NCBI GenBank assembly: GCA_951406725.2
Contig: OX597821.1
Location: 26,660,001-26,724,000, forward strand
DNA from: Octopus vulgaris
Lineage: Eukaryota
Length of the DNA stretch: 64,000 nucleotides
Reading direction: 5' to 3'
The notes beneath the pieces are model-generated. The model saw only the letters and a list, made by a program, of their open reading frames with translations. It did not search any database and was not told the origin of the DNA. The position numbers were made by a program, and so were the translations under genes. Position 1 is the first letter of the stretch; the number at the start of each line of letters is the position of its first letter. Below are positions 25,600 to 38,946 of the stretch, one piece after another.

Positions 25600-25865
25600 T
25601 GGTGTTACAAGACAACGACATACGTAGGGGAAACGGCAAGAAGCATAGGTAAATGAAAATTGGAGACAACTCAAGGAAGGTAAAAGGTAAAAGCTCATCG
25701 ATTCTGTACCAACACGCCGAAAAGGAACACGGGGGATCAATCAACAACATATAAATTAAAATATTGTCCACACATAGAACAGATGCAACAATCAAACAAA
25801 TTACAGAAGCTACACACATAATAGAAAATAAACCTAGCCTGAATAGAAAACTAGAATGGAACACT
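25600..25865 (+). pseudogene. Penelope-like element GIY-YIG endonuclease fragment
   Basis: TYVGETARSIG...SILYQHAEKEH...IKQITEATHIIENKPSLNRKLEW. Confidence 0.8.
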
Positions 25866-26005
25866 AGCACACATCACAACATATGACGGTAGAGGATCCC
25901 GAAAACACAATAAATACACAGATAAATAAACAAATAGAAATAAATAACTATATTATTTTTTTTGTCGATTTATTATTATTATTACTAGTATTGTTGTTAT
26001 ACATA

Positions 26006-27265
26006 TGAGGGGCGTTCAATAAGTAATGCCCCTGACCCACTTCCCATAGCAGTAGAGCAACGACACTTGGCACAGTTATTAGTCTTTTCCTACATAGGAA
26101 CTACCCAGAGTTATGCATTTCTCCCATCGTTTGATACAGCTCTGGAGACCGTTTTTGTAGAAGACCCCAGCTTGGTCCTCCAACCACGACGTGACTTCAG
26201 AAATCAAGGCTGCATCATCTGGGAAACTTTTTCCTTTCAAAACCAACTTCATGGCTGGGAAGAGGTGAAAATCAGAGGGTGCAAGGGGAGGAGTTCATAG
26301 CTGCACGCCTGTGCTTCTGATCTGGCGACACGCGAGTTGTGGACCGGAGCGTTGTCCTGCAGGAGGAGGATGCCTTTGCTGATCTTGCCCCGCCTCTTGA
26401 TTTTGATAGCTTCTCTTAATTTCCTCAAAAGTGAAGCATAATAGGCTCCTGTAATTGTGGTACCCTTTGCCAGGAAATCTGTCATCACTACTCCGTCCTG
26501 GTCCCAGAAGACTGTGAGCATAACCTTGTCAGCGGAGGGCTGCACCCTTGCCTTCTTTGGAGGAGGTGAGTCACGGTGCTTTCATTGCATTGACTGGGCT
26601 TTGGTCTATGGATCATAGTGATGGACCCAGGTTTTATCTTGTGTGATCAGTCTTTTGAAAAAGTTTGACTCATCTTCTTGGCACATCTCCAAATTCATCC
26701 TCGAGCACTCAACGCGTTCTTGCTTCTGGAAAGGTGTGAGCAACCTGGAAATCCATCTGGCAGACACCTTTTGCATATGCAAATGGTCATGAAGGATAGT
26801 TTCCACAGACCCGGTACTAATCTTGACCTTATGGGCTATTTGGCGAATAGTTATGCGTTGACCTTCCAAAATGGCAGCCTCAACTTGACGGACAGACGTC
26901 TCATCAACGGCAGAAGGGGGGCGACCAGATCTGGGAGCTGTTTCCACAGAGTTCCGACTATGTTTGAATTTACAATGCCAGCGTTTTACAAGGTCATATG
27001 ATGGGGCATCATCACCATAAGTTACTTTCATTTCATCAAAAGTCTCCCGTGGTGTGCTTCCTTTCAAATACAAAAACCGGATCACTGCTCGACACTCAAC
27101 AGGCTCCATTTCACACTTGACTCAGTTCAAACACCTGTAAATCAGAGGTTTGAGCTGTAATTCGCCACTTAATCTATAGAGGTATAAATAAGTGCACATG
27201 CAAAATTTCAGCTAGATCAAACAACTGCAAGTGGGTCAGGGGCATTACTTATTGAACGCCCCTCG
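26006..27265 (-). mobile_element. Full-length decayed mariner (DD34D) transposon with TA TSD
   Basis: ~37-bp TIRs (C/T)GAGGGGCGTTCAATAAGTAATGCCCCTGACCCACTT; transposase ITQDKTWVHHYDP, KVMLTVFWD, LLQDNAPVH; contains stops and a deletion. Confidence 0.95.
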
Positions 27266-27530
27266 TACATACATACAAGCATATGTAATGACAATAATAA
27301 GTGGATGTAAACACATGAATAAACTAAGAATAAACAAAAACAACAACAAAAACAAATTACATGAACGTACATAAACAGAAGATACAAATATTACAGGCAT
27401 CCCCCCACACACTAAATAAACATAGATGCACATAGAGGTATAAGCATGTGCAAATGAAGACATACAATAGAAATACAAAATGGCTGACGGTTAGTAAGGA
27501 GAGACGCAAATAAGAAAGAAGAAAACAAAG

Positions 27531-27574
27531 GACCACTGATGCGGTCACAGGAGTGTGACGAAAGAACTCTGGCC
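27531..27574 (+). ncRNA. Hammerhead ribozyme-like motif (A9 substituted by C)
   Basis: GACCA-CTGATGC-G-GTCAC aggagt GTGAC-GAAA-GAAC-TC-TGGCC; lies in a repeat related to the sequence upstream of the GIY-YIG fragment. Confidence 0.55.
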
Positions 27575-27755
27575 AAAATAAGATTAAGATTAATGTAAAA
27601 AATAAATAACACTGAAGCAAAGTAACACCAAATATATATTGTGTGTGTTTTTATTGGCTAAACTGGCAAAATGACCATTCCGAAATATAACAATATCTGT
27701 TTCAACACACGACTTCACATAAAAAAATCTTGCACAACAAATATATAAACGTATA

Positions 27756-27786
<31 letters not shown>

Positions 27787-28006
27787 TGGTTCGTTTTGTC
27801 CTCTTACTTTATTATCATCTTATAATCATCTCTTAATAATAACCTTCATGACTCGTATTACTACCTCAGTCAATCTAAATGTATATATTTGTCACTACCT
27901 GTCATAAATAGCCTTTTCTATTTGCAATATGCATTTTCGTTGATTTTTCATATTTTACCCTTACATTTCCACGTGTATTTTATATTTTCTTTTCGTAACA
28001 TATTTC

Positions 28007-28050
<44 letters not shown>

Positions 28051-28410
28051 CTGTGTGTGAGTGTATAAATACATATATTTATGCATAAATACACACGTGT
28101 TTGTATATATAAATGCATAGACATGTACCGAAGACTGAAAGTAGGAACTGGTAAACAAGTGGTGTCGGTTTAGATTATAGCATTCATATATTCGTGGGTG
28201 CTCACGTAAAGTAACCGTATATTTGTGATCTGTATTTCTTCTGTTTTAGGAACTGTCTGGCCATGATTGTGAATGCTGCACTTATAAGGCGCATATATAT
28301 GATAACAGGTTTCTACTGGTTGTACAACCTGTTGCATGGTCACTCACTCCGTCGGTGATGGTAATTTATAGAAACCCTGCGTGACAAGGCGGAGAAACTC
28401 CATATATATT

Positions 28411-28457
<47 letters not shown>

Positions 28458-29199
28458 CATTTCTTCCAGGTAAAAATACCAATTTTACTAGATTTCATTT
28501 ACTTATTTAAAATGTTATCAAATAAAACATTTCATTTTGCAATTGTCAATGCAGTGAGTATAATTTTGGACAAACATTTGAACATGATCCGATTAGTTCT
28601 TTTAGACACAATAGTAAATTTGTTTAAAGCTTACGTTATCTAATTTTAGTTTTTGCATGATATATGCTTATGCACACACATCATTATATAGTACAATACT
28701 CTAAAGCATTCACTAGAAATCGTTCTTTTGGTGTTCGTTAAGTGTATAACTCGCGTCTTAAATCAGGTTTAAACTAATGGTACTTTTTAAAAATTCACGT
28801 AAAAATATCATTTATTAATTAGCAATCTCAATTAGTCCAATTTTACTCAAATTCATTCGCAATTAATTATAATTTCCTAGTTCTTTTTTAGACATCCTTA
28901 TAATTTGATTACACCCATTAAAACAGATGTTTTTAATTATGTGCCTAATTTGAATAGTTATTTAATTCAAATGAAAATATTAATCAAAATACAAATTTTT
29001 TTAGTTGTCCTCTAACAAAAAGAGAAACAAATTTTTCATAAATATTGTTAATTTTTATAAGTTATTCGTAAAAAATATTTCTGAAATAAAAAATCATACG
29101 GAAATAGGTCAATGTACTAAATAATAAGTCTTTATACCAAGATACGTCACATGCGTTATACCACTTCGTATAATGTTTTACCTTTTACCTCTAACGTAT

Positions 29200-29945
29200 T
29201 TCTGCCATTTGACTGCGACCATGCTGGGGCACCACTTTGATGGCTTTAGTTGAACACATCAACTCAAGCATTTGTTTTTATTTAATGCCTGCTACTTATT
29301 CTATGAGTCTCTTTTACCGAACTGCTAGTCACAGGGATGAAAACAAAGCAAGACCGGTTGTCAAGCATTGGCACACACACACACAAACACACATAGTTTT
29401 ATTTTTTTATTTGTTTCAGTCATTTGACTGCGGCTATGATGAAGCACCGCTTTTAGGGGTTTTAGTCAAATAAATCGACCCTAGGACTTGATTTTTAAGC
29501 CTAGTACTTATTCTATCAGTCACATTTTCTGAACCGCGAAGTTATGTGGGCGTAAACACACAAGCACCGGTTGTCAAGCGGTGATAGAGATAGAGAAAAA
29601 CAGACACAAAGACACACACACATACACATATATACGACGGGCTCCTTTCAGTTTCCGTCTACCAAATCTACTCAAGGGCTTTGGTCGGCCCGGGGCTATA
29701 GCAGAAAACACTTGTTCAAGGTGCCATGCAGTAAGACTGAACCCGGCACTATGTCGTTGGGAAGCAAGTTTATTACCACACAGCCACGCCAGCGTCTAAC
29801 GGGCTTCTTTCAGTTGCTTACCAAATTCACTTAAACGGCTTTGGTCGGCCCATGGTTAGAGGAGAAGACACGTTTCCAAAGTGTCCGGACAGTGGGACTG
29901 AGTCCAGGACCACAAAGTTGGGAAGCTTTTTAGCACACAGCCTTG
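29200..29945 (-). mobile_element. Cluster of family A SINE copies and fragments
   Basis: Three adjacent or partial matches to family A. Confidence 0.8.
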
Positions 29946-30455
29946 GCAAATAATATCCGTTGCAAATGAAAACTTTCTTGTGAAATTTAGAGAATTTTGG
30001 GGCTTTGTTTTATAATTTCATATAGCGTTGAGGTGTTTCTAAATAGTTGATAGGGTCTTTATAAACAAGAGTAATAAAAAAAAAAGAAATGGTAATGGGG
30101 AAACAGATACCTACGCGCGCGCACACACACACGCAGGCACACACACATATACATATATATACACATGCTTATTCATACATAAAACTAAAAACACACACAC
30201 ATATACTAATATATATATATTTATACTAATATATATATATATATATTTATATACTAATATATATATATATATATATATTTATTTTTTTATTTGTTTCAGT
30301 CATTTGACTGCGGCCATGATACGCACATCGATACACGCTTCCAAGCACATACACTCTTATACTAAATCCTACACATCCACGCCTACTTACTTGCACATTC
30401 ATATACGTAGCTGATACTATCACAATACATATAACTAAACCCACTAAACTTATAT

Positions 30456-30495
<40 letters not shown>

Positions 30496-30496
30496 C

Positions 30497-30654
30497 TTAT
30501 AAAATAAGTGCAAAAGAAAAATTCTAATGCCAAATATTACGAAAATAGACAAAATTATGCGTCTCGAGACGCATAAATTATAATGGTTATTGACAATTTT
30601 GTCTATTTTCGGCATATTTGGCATTAGAATTTGTCTTTTGCCCTTATTTTATAA
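30497..30654. repeat. Fold-back element of ~160 bp
   Basis: TTCTAATGCCAAATAT..CGAAAATAGACAAAATT pairs with AATTTTGTCTATTTTCG..ATATTTGGCATTAGAA; internal palindrome TATGCGTCTCGAGACGCATA. Confidence 0.75.
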
Positions 30655-30741
30655 ATTATTTATAAATTTAACCTTCAAAGGTATTTTTTGATATGCTGGC
30701 CATTGATAAAATTTTTTTCGAAAAAATTTTTATCCTACATT

Positions 30742-30814
<73 letters not shown>

Positions 30815-31031
30815 AGAGAGAGAGAGAGAGATCTGAGTATTCAGAAGACCCAAAACGCATATACGACCACATAAGTGCTACGGAAGGACCGCTCTTAGAC
30901 TCCCCGTTCGATAATAGTTTGAGTGAGGAGTCTAACATGGGTCGTGTGTGAGTGTGTATATTTTAAATGAAATGAGACAATAAAGCTAAGAAAGAGTGAC
31001 ATTTATAGGACATTTTATAAAGAGAAGGGTA

Positions 31032-31079
31032 GTCTTACAGCTGTTTCAGGGATATAGAGAATATCCCATCATCAGAGAC
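31032..31079 (-). ncRNA. Type-I hammerhead ribozyme, canonical core
   Basis: GTCT-CTGATGA-tGGGATAT tctct ATATCCCt-GAAA-CAGCTG-TA-AGAC. Confidence 0.75.
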
Positions 31080-31453
31080 GACATGAGAGACTTAAATAGA
31101 AAGAAATAGTGGAGATCAATATAAGAAGTTAGTTTGGAGAAGTAGAGATTTAGGAAGCATAAATGGTAATAGGAAAATAAAAATAAAAATTTATGTCGGA
31201 TGTTACAGCTGCTGTTCCATTATCCGAAGGAATGTGCTATGTAGAATGGGTAAAGGTTTTCTTGTCCGTAGTATGTACCCATTCTACACGGCACATTCCT
31301 TGGATAATGGAACTGCAACTATAACATCCAACATACATATATATATTTTTATTCTCATATTTTCATTTATCTTTCCTATATCTCTCCATTTCCAAAATAA
31401 CTATTTATATTGAACTCTACTATTTCCTTCTATCTAACTCTTTCATATCGTCA
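31077..31453. repeat. Diverged ~375-bp inverted repeat adjacent to the hammerhead
   Basis: GTTCCATTATCCGAAGGAATGTGC..GTAGAATGGGTA pairs with TACCCATTCTAC..GCACATTCCTTGGATAATGGAAC; outer arms also match. Confidence 0.7.
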
Positions 31454-31645
31454 TATAGTCTTCTACTATAGCCTAATTCTTAATGTATTCGATTTCCTTT
31501 GTCTAATTCTTAAATTCTGAGAATGTAAACAATTCTCAAAACCAGCTGTTTAGCAGTAGGGGTAAGAACACTCGTGCCATAGATGTTGTGTCGTGAGATT
31601 GAACTCAAAACTACTTGGATCGTAACTACACAGACATGCCTGTCC

Positions 31646-31699
<54 letters not shown>

Positions 31700-31709
<10 letters not shown>

Positions 31710-31914
31710 TTTTTACTTGTTTCAGTCATTTGACTGCGGCCATGCTGGAGCACCGCCTTTAGTCGAGCAACTCGACCCCGGGAGTTATTCTTCATAAGCC
31801 AGTACTTATTCTATCGGTCTCTTTTTGCCGAACCGCTAAGTGACGGGGACATAAACACACCAGCATCGGTTGTCAAGCAATGCTAGGGGGACAAACACAG
31901 ACACACAAACATAT

Positions 31915-31961
<47 letters not shown>

Positions 31962-32120
31962 ACAGGCTTCTTTCAGTTTCCGTCTACCAAATCCACTCAC
32001 AAGGCATTGGTCGGCCCGGGGCTATAGCAGAAGACACTTGCCCAAGATGCCACGCAGTGGTACTGAACCCGGAACCATGTGGTTGGTAAGCAAGCTACTT
32101 ACCACACAGCCACTCCTGCG

Positions 32121-32122
<2 letters not shown>
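31700..32122 (-). mobile_element. Family A SINE
   Basis: Full head to tail. Confidence 0.9.
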
Positions 32123-32169
<47 letters not shown>

Positions 32170-32521
32170 AAGAGAGACCCTTCTTTCTTTTGACGACCAT
32201 ATCTCTGTATATTTATATAAGTGCATAAAAATTTTTGCAGCGAACACTTAACTGTGAATGGGTTTGATAAAAAGAACTTAAGCGGCTGTTGCAGATTGAA
32301 TTAGAAATTCTGATACAGGAAACCCTACATTAAGGCGATTAATGCATTTTCAGTCGTATATCACCATTTTTACTGAGAAAAAAAATCAGTAACCAAACAA
32401 AATGGATGCGTAAAAGAAAAATGGAACAAAAGTACAAAACAAGACATGGGAAAATATATCAATGCTCGGTGACATGGAATAGACGAGGTAATGTAGAAAT
32501 TATTAATATGCATAACTGTAT

Positions 32522-32557
<36 letters not shown>

Positions 32558-32916
32558 ATACGTTCATGGTACATATATTACACATATACGCATAGACGGA
32601 GGAATGAAAGAGCATATACCTGGTTGCACTGCTTAGAATCATTAGCCAAATCTCTCACACCCACATACTTCTTACTGTCCTATAAAATAACACACTGGAT
32701 ACTGTTTGTCTGGATACACTAATCCAGAAGGAAAGAAATTGGCATGGTTATAGCTAGAATATCCTTTGATAATGGACCGAAAAAGCCAATAATATGTATG
32801 TATGTATCTATGTATGTATGTGCGTGTGTATGTATGTATGTATGGATGGATGGATGTATCTATGTATGTATCTATGTATGTATGCATGCATACATGTATG
32901 TATGTATGTATGTATG

Positions 32917-32948
<32 letters not shown>

Positions 32949-32999
32949 TGTATGTATGTATGTATGTATGTATGTATGTATGTATGTATGTGTGTGCGT

Positions 33000-35050
33000 G
33001 TGTGAGATTACTCTTTATGTATGTGCGAGTATACCATATTAAAAATGTCCACTTGAGTATTAATTGAACACATTCATATCATCGGCGAAAAAGGTGTATG
33101 GATATCGATTTTCCTCCTCTCTGAAGATTTGAACCTGTAACCTTAGTGTTTATCAACGAGGCTGATAAAAGTTTTACTGCCAGGAAGAATAGTAAAACAA
33201 GCAAGCTGTTACTCTGGAATATTCCATCAATAGTAAAATTCTGTTTGTGCGTATAAAGCTACCTCAGTTCCTTGTAATACTTGGATTATGCTGTATTTAG
33301 TCTTGTTATAGTACCGAATATAGCACATATAGTCATGGCAAGGAATAGTATCCTAGTCTCCATGAATGAGGGATAGAACCAAAAGCCTTCGTATAGTCAG
33401 GTTCTATAAAGTCAACTGTTTTCACGAGGAGATGTTCAGTGCGACCACAAACTCATTTTGTCTGCTGAAGTGTCTTCACACCACGTTTTCACGGTGACTT
33501 TGGCGAAACACATTGATTCAGTATGTGTACTGTATATTCATATATTCAAGTATACTACAGGTCTAGTTTTCTTTTTGCTGCCCGTGTCCATTAATTCTTA
33601 GGCAGAGCGCTCCCTGTGCAACAGTCATCTTATCTGGTATATCAAGTTCAGTATTTATGTTTCTTAACAGGTTGAAGAGATCAAGAGCTTGCCGGTAGAA
33701 TGCAAGCTTCATTCATCTATTCTCGGGTTTCTACTAAGTGATTTTTCCAGTTGGTAGCTTGGCAACAATTACCTGGAGTATTTCATTGGGGGTTATGTTT
33801 CAAGAGAAATATTTGCTCAAAGCTCACAGCGGACGTATTTAACCATGCTGCGGCTCTTTATTTCATTCCAGATCACTCCTTCCCTAAAATAACTTCAGAT
33901 TAATCCAGACAGGGAAATTCACAAGACTAGTGACATAAGGGATCGTACGGAGGGTTTAATGCAAACTTGATATTGATAGTCCGATGCAATTGTGATTCCA
34001 TAGGATTATAGAGCTTTCGACTCAGTGCTCATATTTTGTTTTAAAGGAAAATTTATTGTCTTGTGTCTCTTGCTGTCAGTTTCTGTTGCTTTTAGATAGT
34101 CTGTCATGGAAGTCATAGTTGGAGGGTCGTGGATTCATTATTCATATTGCATCAATAGATAATATCTAGTCGTCCGATGTTTTTCATTGTCTCTTATTGT
34201 ATTTGGAGGAAGGTAATCCATTTTCATTCTGTTTTATCCTTTCGATCGACTATTATTCCCATGTGTTATGGAATGGTAATTGCACCAGAATACAATAAGA
34301 CATACATTCTCCCCAAACTGCTGCAATTTGTGCTAGGTGTTCTTTGACAAATTGATCGATTACTAGTAACATGAAATCAGTAGATTTCTCATCGATTTAT
34401 ATCACAATCATTCTTGCAGTAACTTGTAAATGTAAAGAACTGAAATTCTCCTTAATCTTTCTGCGAGCTGTCTTTCGAATTGTTTGTATTCTTCACTTAT
34501 TTCTGTTTATTCGAAAGCATGTCCATGTAATGTTGGCAGTCCTCGAACTACATTGCCATAGTATATGCTTTGGTTGTGCTTTATGTTTTTAGTTCTTTGT
34601 TCGAAGTTAGAATTTGGTAGGCTATTGAGATCGCTATTTTTATGTATTTTACAGTTGATTTTGCTATTTAAAACAGTATATTTCTTGTTATTCAACTTAG
34701 CTTGCTGGGAGTAATTGCTTTACTATGAAATACATGTTGAGATAATTAACATTCCAGCAATTTTCAAGTAAACGATTGACAAATTTTCCCCAGCCTTTTT
34801 GTAAAATTGATTCGATTCAATAGTCCATTGAAATTTCTTTTGTTTGTTTCGTGATTTGCAGTAGCTGACCCCGGTTCTTTACTCGCCTTGGCATAAATAG
34901 TAGTAATCCATGTGGTATTCACCAGTTTAGTATTACCATTTTAACATTGCAATAATTTTCTTTTAATGGTCTTTCATATATATCTCAAGACAAACAATAA
35001 CTTCCTTTTGCTAGACTCTGTAACAGTGACTTGGCGTTCAAGAAGACGTA
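33000..35050 (-). pseudogene. Heavily decayed R4/Dong-like reverse transcriptase region
   Basis: Minus-strand DYTKAFGSIPHSW (RT motif DYxKAFDSVPH) near 33360-33405; boundaries approximate. Confidence 0.55.
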
Positions 35051-35129
35051 GTTATTACACCGAAAGAATGAATAGTCCTCTACAACTATGTGACTAAGTT
35101 TAACATTGTAAGCATGTATATATGCATAT

Positions 35130-35436
35130 ATCACGTGATCACGTGACCGACCAGACCATCAAATATTGTTACACATCGCTGGTCACAATGCGTTCGCATT
35201 GTTTTAGCCTTCGAATGACGCCACCCCGCTGGCTAAGCGAGCAGGCCAACAGAAGAAAGAGTGGGAGAAAGAGTGGTGAGAGAGTACAGCAGGGATCACC
35301 ACCCCCTGCCGGAGACTCGTGGAGCTTATTTTAGGTGTTTTCGCTCAATAAACACTCACAACGCCCGGTCTGGGAATTGAAACTGCGATCCTACGACCGC
35401 GAGTCCGCTGCCCTAACCAGGACCATTGCGCCTCCA
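35130..35436 (-). mobile_element. Family C SINE, tail type 2
   Basis: Homologous to 15053-15358. Confidence 0.85.
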
Positions 35437-35438
35437 TA

Positions 35439-35473
<35 letters not shown>

Positions 35474-35490
35474 GATGTGTATATATATAT

Positions 35491-35552
<62 letters not shown>

Positions 35553-35696
35553 TTTCTGACCGTTAGACGATATACCACAATCCCCTATTTTGTCGGGTTT
35601 GTTCTGAGTCTGCGCAGTGTTTTGAATAGTTTAGAAAGAGCATTTCAATAGACGCACATGGGTCTATTAATATGGTCTTCCCATCATTAACAGGAA

Positions 35697-35769
35697 TCTT
35701 ACTGAAGAGCCAGCCTGAGTAAATAAATATTATTTTTATTACTGAATTTGGCGAAACTGCAGTATAAGA
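35697..35769 (+). ncRNA. Type-I hammerhead ribozyme, canonical core, extended stem II
   Basis: TCTTA-CTGAAGA-GCCA...TGGC-GAAA-CTGCAG-TA-TAAGA, in a ~390-bp island between TA tracts. Confidence 0.8.
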
Positions 35770-35935
35770 AAAGCTAAGTTTGTAAAAGTTTTTAATTTTC
35801 ATCTCACTAAATTTATCCAGCTATTGTGTATCTAGTGCACTCTTCGCCTTGAATGTAATGATATATGAATAATATATGGCGTGTACTGGTACACCGGCGA
35901 TTATAATTAATTTTATTGTATCGCATTTATCTTTG

Positions 35936-35975
<40 letters not shown>

Positions 35976-36106
35976 TAACTTTTGCCTCTTTTTATGGAGA
36001 CAAAAGATTTTATAAGACTGAAAAAAAGAAGTGCTCAGATGTTGAAACAATAAGTTATTGTTTGACTCGAATTTGATGTTTGTTTTCTGATCAATGTTTT
36101 TATGTA

Positions 36107-36145
<39 letters not shown>

Positions 36146-36554
36146 CAAAGTAAAATTACAAGGTGCGGCATGCGTGAAACTATAAAGGGAAGAAGGTTTG
36201 AAAATGCAGAGGTCTTTTAAAGATGTTTATTGACTTGACGGTTTCACTTGAAAAAAAAAAGAGATTCTCAAAAGTAAAATGTAAGGCCTTTGTTAAAATG
36301 GTTATCATAGATGTATTAAAATACAGTGATAGAGTCTTTGACAATGATAAGAAAATGTTAAGAAATAGAATCTTTGACAATGATAAGAAAATGTTAAGAG
36401 GGGCTTTGTGTTTAAACAGTTTACATAAAAGTGTTCAAAATAGGTAGTAAAATAAATTCATAATTATTCATAAGTCCATCAAAAATCCTGATTGTATATA
36501 AGCATATATGCAGAAGGAATTTGAATACAGTATTTGATAGGAGAAAGCGTGTAC

Positions 36555-36786
36555 TTATTTCTTCATTGCCCACAAGGGGCTAAACATAGAAGGGATAAAC
36601 AAGGACAAACAAATGGATTAAGTCGATTACATCGACACCAGTGCGTAACTGGTACTTAATTTATCGACCCCGAAAGGATGAAAGGCAAAGTCGACCTCGG
36701 CGGAATTTGAACTCAGAACGTAACGGCAGACAAAATACGGCTAAGCATTTCGCCCGACGTGCTAACATCTCTGCCAGCTCGCCGCC
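36555..36786 (-). mobile_element. Family B SINE with TSD
   Basis: Flanked by GAGAAA(G/A)CGTGTACT. Confidence 0.85.
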
Positions 36787-37489
36787 AAGAGAAAACGTGT
36801 ACTGCTTAGTGAAAACATCATCAGAAATCATATTTAAGTATTTATACAGAATTTTAGAGAAATGGCCGACATTTTTCCTTCATCTCCAGTCTTGTATGTG
36901 TGTTTGGTAAGAACAGTTGGTATTTTTAGAAATAGTGTGGGAGGTTGGTTGGTGGGGGAAAACCTTCACATAGTTTGTGGAATCGAAAGGATTTTTTGTT
37001 TCTGGGCTGGTCTGTCAATGGTTCAGTGGTTTTTGGACTGTCTTAGTGTTCAAGATGGTGTGAATGTATGTGTGTGTGCACGGTTCTGTGTGTATGTGTG
37101 TGTGTGTGTATATGTGTTTGTGTATGAGTGTTGAGTTAAGAAATAGAATCGGTGTTGTGTGTATGGGTCTGCGTATATGTGTGTTTTATATTTAGCAGAA
37201 TGGTATGTGTATATGTGTGTACGCTTGTGTGTGTGTGTATATGTGTGTGTATGTATTTGTTCGTGAGTGTGTGTGTGTGTTATTTTTCTGTGATTTGTGC
37301 ATATGTTTTGGGTGTATTTTTATGAGTGTTTTATTTGTAGTTTGTACAGTGTGTGCACATATATATGCATGTTCGTGTGTATGTATGTATGCATGCATGC
37401 ATGCTTCCATGTATGTATGTATGTATGTATGTATGTATGTATGCATGTATGGATGGATGGATGTACGCATGCGTGTTTCTATGTATGCA

Positions 37490-37710
37490 TACTCTTTTAC
37501 TCTTTTACTTGTTTCAGTCATTTGACTGCGGACATGCTGGAGCACCGCCTTTAGTCGAGCAACTCGACCCCGGGACTTATTCTTTTGTAATCCCAGTACT
37601 TATTCTATCGGTCTCTTTTGCCGAACCGCTAAGTAACGGGGACATAAACACACCAGCATCGGTTGTCAAGCAATGCGAGGGGGACAAACACAAACACACA
37701 AACACACACA

Positions 37711-37757
<47 letters not shown>

Positions 37758-37921
37758 ATGCATATATACGACGGGCTTCTTTTCAGTTCCCGTCTACCAA
37801 ATCAACTCACAAGGCTTTGATCGGCCCGAGGCTATAGTAGAAGATGCCACGCAGTGGGACTGAACCCGGAACCATGTGGTTGGTAAACAAGCTACTTACC
37901 ACACAGCCACTCCTGCGCCTA
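37490..37921 (-). mobile_element. Family A SINE
   Basis: Head to tail with a small internal deletion. Confidence 0.9.
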
Positions 37922-38275
37922 TACTTACATATGTATGTCGTAATGTACGGCAAGAGACATGGAACAAAATACAGAATAATGGTTACTCGAACGCGATTTC
38001 TGACAGAAACACCTTTTCCGTTTCCTTCGACAATCAATGTTATTAGACGATGTATGAATGGCAATTTAGAATTTCTCTAGTTTCATTTTTTTTTGTCATT
38101 TTCTTTTGAAGCAGTTTTAAGATTTCATACACATAGGCGCAGGCTTCATAACCACATATGGCTCTGGATTCAGGCCCACTGCGTGGCGCCTTCGGCAAGT
38201 CTCTTCTACTATAGCCTCGGGCTGATGAAATACTTGCGAGTGAACTTGGTAGACGGAAACTGAAAGAAGCCCGTC

Positions 38276-38320
<45 letters not shown>

Positions 38321-38321
38321 G

Positions 38322-38353
<32 letters not shown>

Positions 38354-38357
38354 ACAT

Positions 38358-38409
<52 letters not shown>

Positions 38410-38773
38410 ATAATAATTTCTAGGATGGAATTGATATATACTTAATATATCGTTACACGCGTTTCCATAAGTCACAAAAGCTTTATTTGCATACACTTAA
38501 CGTTACCATAAACGAATTCAAAAGATGCATATATATATATATATGTATATATATATATCCCTCCTCATATCTCTGGAAATTCATATGTACACTATGGATT
38601 AAGTCACCTTCTCTGTGATGCTATTAAAACTTTTTTAAAATTCTGTGATAAGACTGTACATCATCTTTAAAGAACTTTAATGAACTTTGGAAATCTGTTT
38701 ATGTTACTTAATTATCTACATTACTTCATGAGTATAGCCTCAACCACTAGGATGTCTAGAGAACTCACATGTA

Positions 38774-38864
38774 TTTTAGCTGATGAGTACGGGACACGTT
38801 TATATGCTGCAATTTTTGCAACTTTTAATAAAGCCTGTCCTTGTATGAAACGATTGTACTAAAA
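38774..38864 (+). ncRNA. Type-I hammerhead ribozyme, canonical core, long stem II
   Basis: TTTTAG-CTGATGA-GTACGGGACA...TGTCCTTGTAT-GAAA-CGATTG-TA-CTAAAA. Confidence 0.75.
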
Positions 38865-38893
38865 ACCTGTCCATTCTTGTTGCTTTTTTCTCA

Positions 38894-38946
<53 letters not shown>

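Noticed and set aside
28118-28400. Two weak hammerhead-like strings (CCGAAGA..GAAC; GGTGATGG..GAAAC)
   Set aside because: Too many core and stem deviations to support.
36333-36400. Direct repeat TCTTTGACAATGATAAGAAAATGTTAAGA x2 (CRISPR-like spacing considered)
   Set aside because: Simple two-copy tandem duplication in eukaryotic DNA; no spacer array or cas genes.
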